From NCBI GenBank assembly GCA_963771175.1, contig CAVYSY010000046.1, forward strand, positions 1-64,000: 64,000 nucleotides of DNA, given 5' to 3'. Source of the stretch: an uncultured delta proteobacterium (lineage in GTDB: Bacteria; Myxococcota; Myxococcia; Myxococcales; Myxococcaceae). The stretch's first letter is position 1. Each line of letters starts with the position of its first letter. Both the position numbers and the translations under genes were made by a program. The notes beneath the pieces were generated by a model. The model was not told the origin of the DNA. It saw only the letters and a list, made by a program, of their open reading frames with translations, and made no database searches. Of this stretch, positions 12,001-23,301 are shown piece after piece.

Positions 12001-13003
12001 TACCGCCCGTCGAACTGCGAGTCGCACGTACCGGAGCGACCACCGGTTCGCCCTGTCGCGGCTCACCTACGGCGTGCCGTTCGAGCAGACGCCCAACATC
12101 ACCTGCACGCGCGAGAAGGCGGGGACGACCCCCGCCTCCGTCTTCTACATCGACGTCGACGGTTGACCACGAGTGGCACAGCTCCCGGTCCTCGTCAGCG
12201 AAGGCTTTGAATACACCTATGCCTAGGGTGCCCTCCCCGCCGTGAAGGCGGTGACGATGAACATGGAGGACGCCACGGCGCGGGCGACAGCTACGTCGCC
12301 CACTTCAAGGACTTCGGGAAGCTGGGGGCGTCACGCTCTCCTCGAGCCAGAGCAGCTTCCCCGCCCACTCCTCCCTCGCCAGTCTGCGCGGCTCCGCCAC
12401 CTCGGGCTACTACCTGCAGCCGGGCGGCGACCTCTCCATCAAGGCGGTCGCCACCGGCAAGAGCCGGTCTTCACCCTCACCTGGACCACTGACTTCGCGG
12501 TGCCACCGCTCGACACGGACGGAGACCAGATCGACGGATTCCGCCGAGGTTGGTTCCTCGCGTCATCCCTTCGACGCCGCCGACCTCGTGGCGGAGTTCG
12601 CCACGCCAGGAGAATTCGAGGGCTGGACGGCGTTCGGCAACATCACCGGACAAGCGGTGTCCAGCGGCGTGCTGACCGGCACCTCCTCCGGCAACGGCGA
12701 CGCGCAAATGGTGAACAGCGCCTACAACTTCAGCGCCAGCCGCGTGCCGACGCTCCAGGTCCGCATGCGGGCCTCCCAGAACACCAGCGTCCAGATTTTC
12801 TTCGCCACCGACACCCAGCCCGGTTTCTCGGCGCGCGCGTGGCCAGCGCGACCTATACCGGCAACGGCGCCTACCAGACGCTCACCTTCGACATGACGGG
12901 CCAGGTCGATTGGGCCGGTACCCTCACCGATCTCCGCCTCGACCCGGTGTCGGGGGTGGGCATCCAGTTCGACATCGACTGGATCCGCGGGCCAGGGATG
13001 TAG
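9087..13003 (+). CDS. Large secreted G8-domain / parallel beta-helix protein (TMEM2/CEMIP/PKHD1-like), many frameshifts
   Basis: Signal peptide; two tandem N-terminal beta-sandwich repeats; WQDPYVWGGALPG G8 start; DWRPGDSIVI; LLTHNILVQG; LGRYPFHW; SSIHQSYNRAITIHGT; GHGVFLEDGSE; C-terminal LRLDP..FDIDWIR module. Confidence 0.75.
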
Positions 13004-13015
13004 TCGCCCATCGCT

Positions 13016-13272
13016 CTACTGGCCCGAGATGCCCGCCGTGGCTGTCGCGCTGCCCTGATGGCCTCCAGCCCGAGCTTCGCCTGCCGAGCCCTGGTGCCTC
13101 CACCGGGCCCAGCGTGCCCGCCGTGGCTGCTGCCGGACCCGGGGAGCCCCACCGGCCCGAGCTTCGCCTGCCGGGCCCTGGGGGCCTCCACCGGCCCGAG
13201 GCGCCTGCCGTGGCTGCCGGTGCCCTGGTGGCCCCACCGGCCCGAGTCTCGGCTGCCGTGCCCTGGTGGCCG
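13016..13272 (+). repeat. Degenerate tandem repeat, 6 units alternating long and short (~85-bp dimer x3)
   Basis: Recurring CCACCGGCCCGAG and GC(C/T)GCCG.GCCCTGG(T/G)GGCC motifs. Confidence 0.75.
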
Positions 13273-13480
13273 TATATCCCGAGGGACAACCAACCCGCAG
13301 GGTCCTCCATAACCCTCACGACTGACTTCTAGCGTCCGGAAACCGACTCACCTGACCCGCTATGACAAATAGGCGGGCCGAAAAGCTGAGCCACCGGGGT
13401 AAACAAATGACTCATCCACTCAGCCGAGGTTGAACGGGAGTGCAGACAGGCAACGCAGCGAAGCACTGAGGGACAAGGCG

Positions 13481-13984
13481 ATGCACCCAGCAGGTCCAAC
13501 GCGATTGGTGGCGCTGCTCGTAGCGGTGGCAATGGCAAACCTCGGATGCGCCCACACGCAAGCGCCCGAGCGCAAGATGTACCTGATTGCCGAGGACGCA
13601 AGCAGCATCAACTTCCAAGAAGATGCACGCGGGATCGGCGGCGCTGGCGCAGAGGCTTACTGCAACGAACTGCAAATACAGTGCTACGACAAGTGTTGGA
13701 GGCGCAAGCCTCCGGTTTGGAGCATCAAGAAACACTCCGCTGTGCACCGCGAATACTGCACCAGGACGTGCCGCGAAGAATTTAATGAGTGCGTCGACAA
13801 ACAAGAGGAGCTTGAGCGACAAGAATCACAGAGCAAGAAACTGACATTTCAAAATATCAGCGAAGCGCTCGACTGGCTCAAAGAGCACACACCCGAGGCG
13901 CCGCCCGGAACCCATGTGGTAGTGGCCGGAGTAGGCTTTATTATTGCGATAATTGGTGGCGCGCTCTTTCTTGTCCCCATCTAA
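13481..13984 (+). CDS. Cys-rich lipoprotein with C-terminal hydrophobic segment (toxin-like)
   Basis: Lipobox-like NLGC; six further Cys; terminal GTHVVVAGVGFIIAIIGGALFLVPI; visibly lower GC than flanks. Confidence 0.65.
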   Translation: MHPAGPTRLVALLVAVAMANLGCAHTQAPERKMYLIAEDASSINFQEDARGIGGAGAEAYCNELQIQCYDKCWRRKPPVWSIKKHSAVHREYCTRTCREEFNECVDKQEELERQESQSKKLTFQNISEALDWLKEHTPEAPPGTHVVVAGVGFIIAIIGGALFLVPI

Positions 13985-14019
13985 ATCTACCACCAGAAAA
14001 CGAAAGGGGCGGCACCGCC

Positions 14020-14415
14020 ATGCCCTATATCTCAGACTTCGACACAGAGGCAATCCTCAACATTCTTAACTCAATCATCGAGAGGCATCCGGAGGGATCA
14101 CCAGAGAGGGACGCAATCGAACTTGCGCAGATTGCATTGATCTACCCCCGCCACATCCGGAAAGAGGATGATTTTCGCAGGTTCTACCGAGACGTTTTTG
14201 ACCCCTCATTCAAGCTCAAAGTCTCCCATGAGTTCGCCACCCGGGAAGAGGCAGACAAATGGCTGGCCAGCGGGAAGGCAGAGGACGCGGAGCGCGTCAG
14301 AATCGCCGGTAAGGGTTTCATGGTTGTTCGATTGCCTGGGAGGTTTACGTTTATGAGCGCACCTCTTGAGGGGGAAGAGGTGGAGACAGACGAATCAGAG
14401 GAGGATTCCGAGTAG
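14020..14415 (+). CDS. Small acidic cytoplasmic protein, possible immunity partner
   Basis: 131-aa ORF 35 nt downstream of the lipoprotein with the same lower-GC composition; FATREEADKWLASG..VRIAGKGF. Confidence 0.6.
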   Translation: MPYISDFDTEAILNILNSIIERHPEGSPERDAIELAQIALIYPRHIRKEDDFRRFYRDVFDPSFKLKVSHEFATREEADKWLASGKAEDAERVRIAGKGFMVVRLPGRFTFMSAPLEGEEVETDESEEDSE

Positions 14416-14601
14416 GCAATTCATGCCTACGGGAATGTCACCTTGACGATTGCAACCGTGCGCCTCTCGGCGTCCCACAGTATGGTCCGGTGCACGCAAC
14501 CATCTTGCGCAGCACGAACACCGGGTGGCCGTCCTTGCCGTTGAAGGTCTGCCCCCCCCTTCCACTTCCCTGTCCACACTCTGAGAGGCGGGTTACTTCT
14601 A

Positions 14602-14627
14602 ATGGAGGCGGCGGGAATCGAACCCGC
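14602..14627 (-). mobile_element. tmRNA (ssrA) 3'-end-like fragment, possible att remnant; also forms a hairpin after the VWA gene
   Basis: Minus strand reads GCGGGTTCGATTCCCGCCGCCTCCAT (T-arm plus acceptor 3' strand) with no matching 5' half. Confidence 0.5.
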
Positions 14628-14652
14628 CGCCCTCGGCTCCGTCCCGCGTGAC

Positions 14653-16446
14653 TCAGCGGCCGTCGCGAGCCATGGAACTGCCGAGCAGGCCGCGCGCCCG
14701 GGCCACGAGCTTGGCGAACTCCTCGCGGTCCGCCTGTCCGTCGGTGGAGCCCTCCGCGAGCTTCTGCGCCGTGGCGAGGTTCCACCCCTGGGCGCTCGGG
14801 CTGCCGCGCAGCACGTCGGCGGCGGAGGCCACGGCCAGGGCGAAGCGGAAGTCCGTCGAGGCCGTGTCCAGCGAGGCGCGCATCATCCGCTGCTCGAAGG
14901 GGAAGGCCTGCTCGGCGGCCTCGGTGCCGTTGGGGGCCTTGGCGCGGATGCGCACCGTGCCCAGCGACGCCTTCTCGCCCGTCAGCTCCACCTCGTAGAC
15001 GGCGGTGACGCTGTGGCCGGCGCCAATCTCTCCCGCGTCCACCTTGTCGTCGCGGAAGTCCTTGTCGGCGATGTCGCGGTTCTCGTAGCCCACCAGCCGG
15101 TAGCGGCGCACCACCTTCGGGTCGAACTCCACCTGAATCTTCACGTCCTTGGCGATGACCTCCAGCGTGCCGGTGAGCTGCGTCTCGAAGACCTTCTTCG
15201 CCTCCTTGTAGCTGTCGATGTAGAAGCAGTTGCCGTTGCCCTTGTCGGCCAGCTTCTCCATCAGGTCATCCCGGTAGTTGCCCATGCCGAAGCCAATGGC
15301 GGACAGGGTGACGCCCTCCTTCACGAAGCCCTGGATGCTGTTGAGCATGGCGTCCGCGGAGACGTTGGGGCCGATGTTGGCGTCACCGTCCGTGAGCACG
15401 ACGACGCGCGACACCACGCTGCCCGACGCCTTCTTCACCGCGTGCCGGTACGCCATCTCCATGCCCGAGCCCATGGCCGTACCGCCGCCGGACTCCAGCG
15501 TGTCGATGGCCTTGTAGATGCGCTCCAGGTTGGTGGCCGGGGTGGGCTCGAGCACGCTCCGGGTGCTGCCCGCGTACGTGACGAGGGCCACCGTGTCGTT
15601 CTCGTTGAGGTTCTTCACGGCGATCTTCATCGCCTCCTTGGCCAGCGGCAGCTTGTCCTGCTGGTTCATGGAGCCGCTGGTGTCCACCAGGAAGACGAGG
15701 TGCGCGGGCTTGCGCTGCGAGCGCGAGACGACCTTCCCCTGCACGCCCACGCGCACGAAGTGGCGGTTCGCGGCGAAGGGGGAGGGCGCGCCCTCGAGAT
15801 GCACCGTGAAGGCGCCCTGCTCGGGCGGGGTGTAGCGGTACTTGAAGTAGTTGACGAACTCCTCGACGCGGACGGCGGCGTGCGGAGGCAGGGCGCCCTG
15901 GTTGAGGTAGCGGCGCGACACCGCGTACGACGCCGTGTCCACGTCCACCGCGAAGGTGGAGAACCGGTCCGCGGCCGTCTCGGTGAAGGCGTTGGGAGCA
16001 TGGGCGGCGAAGCTGTTGCCCTGGGACTGGGGCTCCGGCGGCTGCGACGTCACCGGCGGGGACGCGGGCGGAGGCGGAGTCATCCTGGGGTCGGCGGCTA
16101 TCTTGCCCGCGGGCGCGGAGCGCGTCCTCTCTGCGCGGGCCACGCGCTCCTGGGCCATCATGGGGCCCCCAGCGGTGGAGGGACTCGGCTTCGCGGCAGC
16201 GGGCCTCGCGGGGTACTCGGCCATCTTGTCGTCAGCCTCGACCTCCGACTCCGCAACGGCCTGGGCCGGCGCCTCGGCGGGAGCCAGCGCGCCTTCGTCC
16301 TTGGGGGCGCTCTGCTGGGAACTCAACTCGATGGACTGCGCGACCTCTCCGTTGGTCTTGGGGGCGGACATGCACCCGGGGGCGAGGCTCAGGGCGAGGG
16401 CGGCGCTCCCCCAGCGGGTCAGGCGGTTCTGCTTGGACGAGGACAT
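14653..16446 (-). CDS. VWA-domain lipoprotein (YfbK-like: vWF_A + VWA + DUF3520)
   Basis: STFAVDVDTASY, VRVEEFVNYFKY, MIDAS LVDTSGSM, LTDGDAN, IAKDVKIQVEFDP, YRLVGYENR, DAGEIGAGHSVTAVYE. Confidence 0.9.
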   Translation of the reverse strand: MSSSKQNRLTRWGSAALALSLAPGCMSAPKTNGEVAQSIELSSQQSAPKDEGALAPAEAPAQAVAESEVEADDKMAEYPARPAAAKPSPSTAGGPMMAQERVARAERTRSAPAGKIAADPRMTPPPPASPPVTSQPPEPQSQGNSFAAHAPNAFTETAADRFSTFAVDVDTASYAVSRRYLNQGALPPHAAVRVEEFVNYFKYRYTPPEQGAFTVHLEGAPSPFAANRHFVRVGVQGKVVSRSQRKPAHLVFLVDTSGSMNQQDKLPLAKEAMKIAVKNLNENDTVALVTYAGSTRSVLEPTPATNLERIYKAIDTLESGGGTAMGSGMEMAYRHAVKKASGSVVSRVVVLTDGDANIGPNVSADAMLNSIQGFVKEGVTLSAIGFGMGNYRDDLMEKLADKGNGNCFYIDSYKEAKKVFETQLTGTLEVIAKDVKIQVEFDPKVVRRYRLVGYENRDIADKDFRDDKVDAGEIGAGHSVTAVYEVELTGEKASLGTVRIRAKAPNGTEAAEQAFPFEQRMMRASLDTASTDFRFALAVASAADVLRGSPSAQGWNLATAQKLAEGSTDGQADREEFAKLVARARGLLGSSMARDGR

Positions 16447-16507
16447 GGGACGCTCCGGTTGTTTCCGTGAGAACGGACGCTCGGAACGCACCAGCCGCGA
16501 GTTCGGT

Positions 16508-17612
16508 CTAACGGGATCTCGCGAATTTTTCCCCGAACCCCCCGGGGAGTACCTCCGCCAGGAAGCGGACCCCCCGACGCACGGCGTTCAGGGCCGGGTC
16601 CACCGCGAGGCACAGCCCGTACGTCAGGCAGATGAGCACCCCCGTCAGCAGCGCGTACTGCCCCCAACCGCTCCGGTTGCCCCACACCACCTCGAAGGAG
16701 AAGCCGAAGACGCGGAAGTAGAGCAGCGCCTCATGGAAGAAGTACGCGGACATGGAGGAGGTGCCGAACGTCTCCACGAAGCGGCGCACGCGCGAGGGGG
16801 CGGCGTCCGAGGCCGTCCACCTCTCCAGTCCCACCAGCCCGAGCAGCACCATGCATATCCACATCCACCGGGTGCCCGCGTTGGACGGGTTGGTGACGAA
16901 GAAGCGGTGCTCCGGGTAGAGGTCGCGGAGGGGCTCGGCGGCCAGCGTGCACGCGAGCCCGAGCACGATGAGGAAGAGCAGTGCCCGGACGAGCCCGGCG
17001 CGACCCTGCTCGCCAGCCACGGCCCCGGCATAGGCCCCGAGCCAGGTGAAGCCGAGCCACGGCAGCAGGGGGAACACGGCCCCGGTGGTCTTGTTGAGCA
17101 CGTACGCCCAGGGCCCGTCCACGGCCTCGCCGAGCGGCGAGAGGAAGAAGGTGACGAGCGCCAGGGCCAGGGCCATGCCCCGGCAGCACCCGGGGGCGCG
17201 AGGCCAGCCCGGCGGCGATGGGCAGGACGATCATCAGCGACAGGCCCACGCAGTGGAGGATGTCCATGCGGACCAGCCACCGGGGCTCGCGGAAGAGGGG
17301 GAACCACATCCAGTTGACCAGCGTGGCCACGCCGAGCACCTGGGCGGCGCGCTTCAGGTTGCGCCCGAGCCGCTGCCACCGCTTGCCTCCCGCCGCGCTG
17401 CGCACCATCAGCAGTGCCAGCGCGAAGCCCGCCGCGAAGAGGAACGCGGGGGCCACCAGCCCATCGATCGAGAGCAGGAACTTCGTGGTCTCGCTCTGAC
17501 GCAACTCCGGGTTCAGCAGCACCAGCGCGTGGCACTGCACCATGAACAGCACCGCGATGCCGCGCAGCCAGTCGATGGCGCGGACGCGCTCCTGGGTTGG
17601 CGAGGGGTTCAT
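16508..17612 (-). CDS. DUF1624 / heparan-alpha-glucosaminide N-acetyltransferase-like membrane protein (frameshift ~17180)
   Basis: RVRAIDWLRGIAVLFMVQCH, APAFLFAAG, MDILHCVGLS, FPLLPWLGF; ATGA overlap with upstream gene. Confidence 0.75.
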
Positions 17613-18125
17613 GGCAGGCATGAGAGACCGGGCTCGGGGGCGTCGACGTCCTGGTGCTTCAACAAGCAGCGCACGGCCTGGGGGTCCATCGTGTCCGCCA
17701 CCCAGGACCGCCGCCAGAGGAGGGCGGCCACGCGGTTGGGGATGCAGCGAGTCCGGGGCGACCACGGCGCGGAGTCCCGCCTCCTGCCGGAGCGAGTCCA
17801 GCGAGGCCACGATGTCGGGGCAGCCCTCGGGGCAGTTGTAGAGGAAGACCGCGTGCCCGTGCTCCAGGTTGTGCAGCCACACGCACCGGTTCTGCTCGGT
17901 GTCATGGACACGGCAGCGCAGGGTGCTGCCGCAGTGGTCGCCGCTGGTGGGCGGATTCAGCCCGTCTCCGCACGCGGTGCTCGTGCAAGACAGGTGGTTC
18001 GCGGTCGCGGGGGGCGGCGAGAGCGGGAACTCGTAGCCGGAGCACTCGGGATCCAGCTCGGTCGGACCGCAGGCGAGCACTGGAGCCAGGAGGAGGGCGG
18101 GGAGGGCGCGGGAGAGCAAGGACAT
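17609..18125 (-). CDS. DUF3105-domain lipoprotein (frameshift ~17740)
   Basis: Lipobox VLAC, NPPTSGDH, LHNLEHGHAVFLYNC. Confidence 0.75.
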
Positions 18126-18184
18126 CGACGGTCCTCCTTTACCGCATACATGGTATCCACGTCAGCAGGTGGCCTACACTGGTC

Positions 18185-19668
18185 ATGGAAAACTCCATGT
18201 CCGACCTGCTGCGCCACGCTCACGCCGCTCTCTTCGAGTCCACGCCCGATGGCGTGCTGGTGCTCGATTCCCAGGACCGAGTCGTGGAGGCCAACGGCGC
18301 CGCGCAACGACTCCTCGGGGAACTGGGCGACACGTTCCGGGGCAGGCCCATCTCGGAGCTGCTGCCGGAGTGGACTCCGCCCGAGCCGTTGTCCCCGGGG
18401 AGCAACCGCGGGAAGGGGAGCTCGTGTGGCACGGGTCCGCGGGGTCGACGCGCCAGGCGCGCGTGCTGCGCGTCCGGAGCCTGCCCCTTCCGGAAGGGCA
18501 GGTGCTGTTGCTTCGCGATCTGACGGCGCACGCGGAGGTCGAGGCCAGCCTGCGCCGGCAGAAGGAGTATTACGAGTCGCTGGTCCTCAACAGCCCGGTG
18601 GCCATCGTCACCATCAACCTCCGCTTCAACGTGGTGTCCTGGAACCCCGAGGCGGAGCGGCTGTTCGGCTACACGGCCCGGGAGGCCATCGGCCGGAACA
18701 TCCTGCGGCTGGTGGCCTCCGAGGGGCCGATCCGGGAGGAGGCCGAGAGCACCGCACGCGAGGCGCTCCAGCGCGGCCGGGTCCACTCCCTCACCCGACG
18801 GCTGCGCAAGGATGGGACGCCCATCGACGTCGAGCTCCTGGCGCTGCCGGTGTCGGTGGAGGGCGAGCAGGTGGGCTTCATCGCCATCTATCACGACATC
18901 ACCGAGCTCCAGCGGCTGCACCAGCAGGAGGTGGCGCACCTGCGTGCCCTCGAGCGCGAGCGCGAGCGGGCGGATCAGCTCCTGCTCAACATCATGCCGA
19001 GACCCGTGGCCGACCGGCTCAAGATGGGCCAGCGGATCATCGTGGAGAACTTCCCGGACGTCACCGTGCTGTTCGCCGATCTGGTGGACTTCACCCGCTT
19101 CGCCGCCCAGCACATGCCGGCGGACGTGCTGCAGGTGCTGAACATGGTGTTCTCGGTGTTCGACCAGCTCACGGACGAGTTCGGGGTGGAGAAGGTGAAG
19201 ACGATCGGGGACGCGTACATGGTGGTGGGCGGGCTGACGCTGCCTCGGAGCGACCATGCCGATGCCGTGGCGGGCCTGGCGCTGGCCATGCGCGCGGAGC
19301 TCTTGAAGCTGGGCGAGCAGCTCCAGATCCCCCTTCACCTGCGCATCGGCATCCACTTGGGCCCGGTGATCGCCGGGGTCATCGGCGACAAGAAGTTCGC
19401 CTATGACCTGTGGGGAGACACGGTCAACACCGCGAGCCGGATGGAGTCGCACGGCGTGGTGGATGGCATCCACATCTCCGAGACGGTCCACGAGCGGCTG
19501 CGGGGCCGCTACCGCTTCCAGGACCAGGGCGTGGCGCACGTGAAGGGGAAGGGCCCCATGCGGACGTGGCTGTTGCTCGGCGCGGGCGAGGGCGACTCAG
19601 AGTCCGTGGAGGACGTGCTGGCTCACGCCGCCTTGCGCACCGGCAACACGTCGCGCAACTCCGCGTGA
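18185..19668 (+). CDS. PAS-PAS class III adenylate/guanylate cyclase (frameshift ~18400)
   Basis: Two PAS domains, LLLNIMP, VTVLFADLVDFT, EKVKTIGDAYM, RIGIHLGPV, YDLWGDTVNTASRMESHG. Confidence 0.9.
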
Positions 19669-20703
19669 GCGCGCAGCAGCATCTCCTCGGTGGTGTTCCA
19701 GTCGACGCAGGCGTCGGTCACCGAGCAGCCGTAGCGCAGTTGTGAGAGGTCGGCGGGGATGGGCTGGTTGCCGGCCTCGATGAAGCTCTCGATCATCAGG
19801 CCGACCATCGAGCGGTTGCCGTCGCGGATCTGATGCACCACGTCGCGCATCACCAGCGGCTGCAGCTCCGGCTTCTTCCAGGAGTTGGCGTGCGAGCAGT
19901 CGACCACGATGTTGCTGCGGCAGCTTCGCCTTGGTCGAGCGCCTGCTCGGCGAGCGAGATGGACACCGTGTCGTAGTTGGGCCGCCCGCCGCCGCCGCGC
20001 AGCACCAGATGGCCGTAGGCGTTGCCGCGGGTCCGGATGATCGCCGACGCGCCGTTGTCGTTGAGCCCAGGAAGCTGTGCGGGCTGGCGAGGCGGAGAGG
20101 ATGCGCGTTGACCGCGCGCCTCCAGGGAGCCGTCGGTGCCGTTCTTGAAGCCGACCGGGGTGGAGAGCCCCGAGGCCATCTCGCGATGGGTCTGGGACTC
20201 CGCGGTGCGAGCGCCGATCGCGGTCCAGGCGATGAGGTCGCCGTAGGTATTGCGGCGCGATCGGATCGAGCGCCTCGGTCGCTGCCGGCAGGCCGAGCTC
20301 GGCCACGTCCAGCAGGAAGCGACGCGCCCCGCTCCATGCCTTCCTCGATGTGGAAGGAGTCGTCCATCCGCGGATCGTTGATGAAGCCCTTCCACCCGGT
20401 GGAGGTGCGCGGCTTCTCGAAGTACACCCGCATCACCAGGTGCATCGTGTCCCGGACGGTGGCGGCGAGCTTGTGCAGCCGGCGCGCGTAGTCGATGCCC
20501 GCCTCGGGATCGTGGATGGAGCACGGGCCCACGATCATGAACAGGCGCGGGTCCTTGTGATCCAGGATGTCCATCAGCGAGCGGCGGCCGAAGAGCACGG
20601 TCTCGGCCGCGCGCTCGGTCAGCGGCACACGGGCCTTGATCTCGGCCGGCGAGGGCATGTGGTCGAAGCCAACGACATTCAGGTTTTCGGTACGGGAGGT
20701 CAT
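19623..20703 (-). CDS. 3-deoxy-7-phosphoheptulonate (DAHP) synthase, class I-alpha, several frameshifts
   Basis: IVGPCSIHD, VMRVYFEKPRTSTGWKG, IGARTAESQTHREMASGLS, VDCSHANS, YGCSVTDAC. Confidence 0.9.
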
Positions 20704-20987
20704 GGCGCGAGGGCCGCAGGCGCGGCGCGGAAATGCAGATGGAGTCGCATGGGAACAGAGGCCAGGGGGGCTTTCATCATGCCATGTTCCCTCCGCCCGG
20801 TCGCACGCTCCCCGTGCTGGGAAGTGGAAGAGGTGAGCGGGCTTCATCGGATAGAGGGAGGGGGTCTCCCCGGCTTGTGACACGGATGAGGGGGGAATCG
20901 AATCTCCCGGGTTGGGTCCTCCTCCCGTGAACAGCCCGTTACTTTGGGGTGTGTTTCGCGCGGGCGTTCTTCTACGGTGCGCCCCCT

Positions 20988-22887
20988 ATGAACCGCACCT
21001 CTCCCGTCAAGCTCTTCCTGAGCGCGGCCCTCGCGGTCGTGCCGCTCATCGCCCACCCGGGCTGTGCGTCCTCGGCGCACGGTTCCACCGCCGGAGCGCC
21101 CGTGGCAGCGAGCGCTCCTCCCGTCGAGCAGAAGCCCGCCGAGGTCGCTCCCTCGGCCGAGGATGCTCGCCAGTTCACCACCCGAGTGAACGAGGATCTC
21201 AAGCGGCTGTGGACGAGGCAGGCCACGGCCGAGTGGATCAAGGCCACCTACATCACCGACGACACCGAGCGGAACGCGGCCATGGTGAACGAGGAGGTGA
21301 TGGCCTACCTGAACCAGGCCATCAAGCAGGCCGCGCGCTTCAAGGACGTGCAGAGGCTGGACGCGGACACCGCGCGCATGCTGCACCTGCTGCGCGTGTC
21401 CTCCGCGCTGCCGGCGCCGAGCGATGCGCAGAAGCGCGCGGAGCTGGCCGGCATCGCCGCGAAGCTCGAGGGCCTCTACGGCAAGGGCAAGTACTGCGGC
21501 AAGGATGGCAAGGGCCAGTGCAAGGACCTGGGCGAGCTGTCCGACGTCATCGCCAAGAGCCGCAACTACGACGAGCTGCTCGAGGCCTGGGTGGGCTGGC
21601 ACGCCATCTCGCAGCCGATGCGCCCGCTCTACGAGCGCCTGGTGGAGCTCTCCAACGAGGGCGCCCAGGAGATCGGCTTCCAGGACCTGGGCTCGCTCTG
21701 GCGCTCCAGCTACGACATGCCGCCCGAGGCCTTCGAGCAGGAGGCCCAGCGGCTGTGGGGGCAGGTGAAGCCGCTCTATGACGAGCTGCACTGCTACGTG
21801 CGCGCCCGGCTCGCGAAGCAGTACGGCGAGGACAAGGTGCCCGCTGGCCAGCCCATCCCCGCGCACCTGCTCGGCAACATGTGGGCGCAGGAGTGGAACA
21901 ACATCTACCCCCTGGTGGAGCCCTACAAGGGGCAGCCCAGCCTGGACGTGGACGCCGAGCTGAAGCGGCAGAAGTACGACGCCCTGCGGATGGTGAAGCA
22001 TGGGCGAGTCCTTCTTCACCTCGCTGGGCCTCAAGTCGCTGCCGGAGACCTTCTAGCAGCGCTCGCAGTTCACCAAGCCGAGGGATCGCGATGTGGTGTG
22101 CCACGCCAGCGCGTGGGACGTCACCTACGACAACGATCTGCGCATCAAGATGTGCATCAAGCCCACCGAGGAGGACCTCGTCACCATCCACCACGAGCTG
22201 GGCCACAACTACTACTACACGTACTACTACAAGCTCCCGGTGCTCTATCAGCAGGGCGCCAACGACGGCTTCCACGAGGCCATCGGCGATGCGCTGACGC
22301 TCTCCATCACCCCGGGCTACCTCAAGCAGGTGGGCCTGCTGAAGCAGGTGCCGCAGGGCGACAAGGGTCTCATCAACCTGCAGATGAAGGACGCCCTGGA
22401 GAAGGTGGCCTTCCTGCCCTTCGGTCTGCTCATCGACCAGTGGCGCTGGGATGTCTTCAACGGGAAGACGAAGCCGGAGGACTACAACAAGGCCTGGTGG
22501 GCGCTGCGCGAGAAGTTCCAGGGCGTGCGCGCGCCGGTGGCTCGCTCCGAGCAGGACTTCGATCCGGGCGCCAAGTACCACGTGCCCGCCAACGTCCCCT
22601 ACACGCGCTACTTCCTGGCGCGCATCCTCCAGTTCCAGTTCCACCGGGCGCTGTGCCAGGCCGCCGGCATCCAGGGGGCCCTCCACGAGTGCTCTGTCTA
22701 CGGCAACAAGGAGGCCGGGAAGCGGCTCCAGGCCATGCTGGAGATGGGCGCGAGCAAGCCGTGGCCGGATGCGCTCCAGGCCATGACGGGGCAGCGGGAG
22801 ATGGATGCCTCGGCCATGCTGGAGTACTTCGCCCCCCTGCGCCGCTGGCTCCAGGAGCAGAACAAGGGCCAGAAGTGCGGCTGGTAG
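20988..22887 (+). CDS. M2-family metallopeptidase (peptidyl-dipeptidase A / ACE-like); frameshift ~22000 and in-frame TAG at 22054
   Basis: [50 protein letters not shown]. Confidence 0.9.
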
Positions 22888-23014
22888 CGCGATACCGGGT
22901 GGACACGGCTAAAGGGCCCGCTTAAATTCTCGGCCCAGCTTGGTCGGCTGGTTAGCAGGCGACCAGGTTCGGGCAGCGGATTTTCGCGCTCGTTTTGGAA
23001 AGAAGAAGAGAGCA

Positions 23015-23218
23015 ATGGCGACTGGTACCGTGAAGTGGTTCAACGATGCGAAGGGCTTCGGGTTCATCACGCAGGACGGCGGTGGCGAGGACGTGTTCTG
23101 CCACCACACCGCCATCAACATGGACGGCTTCCGCACCCTGGCCGAGGGCCAGCGCGTGGAGTTCGAACTGGCCAAGGGCCCCAAGGGCCTGCAGGCGCAG
23201 AACGTTCGCGCCGCCTGA
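23015..23218 (+). CDS. Cold-shock protein (CspA family)
   Basis: [28 protein letters not shown]. Confidence 0.95.
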   Translation: MATGTVKWFNDAKGFGFITQDGGGEDVFCHHTAINMDGFRTLAEGQRVEFELAKGPKGLQAQNVRAA

Positions 23219-23246
23219 TTCGGCTCTCTCTTCGTAAGTTGTGCCC

Positions 23247-23284
23247 AAAAAAGGGTCCGGCCCACGGTGGTCGGGCCCTTTTTC
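23247..23284 (+). terminator. Intrinsic terminator after csp
   Basis: AAAAAGGGTCCGGCC...GGTCGGGCCCTTTTT. Confidence 0.75.
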
Positions 23285-23301
23285 ATGTCTGGAGTCCTCG
23301 C

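Noticed and set aside
13016..13272. CRISPR array
   Set aside because: Units are degenerate along their whole length with no unique spacers
14560..14650. Complete tRNA or tmRNA gene
   Set aside because: Only a T-arm and acceptor 3' strand are present; the upstream sequence is the VWA coding end
22054..22056. Pyrrolysine or readthrough TAG in the M2 peptidase
   Set aside because: It sits where Trp (TGG) fits, next to another indel; no pyl genes seen; a base error or mutation is more likely
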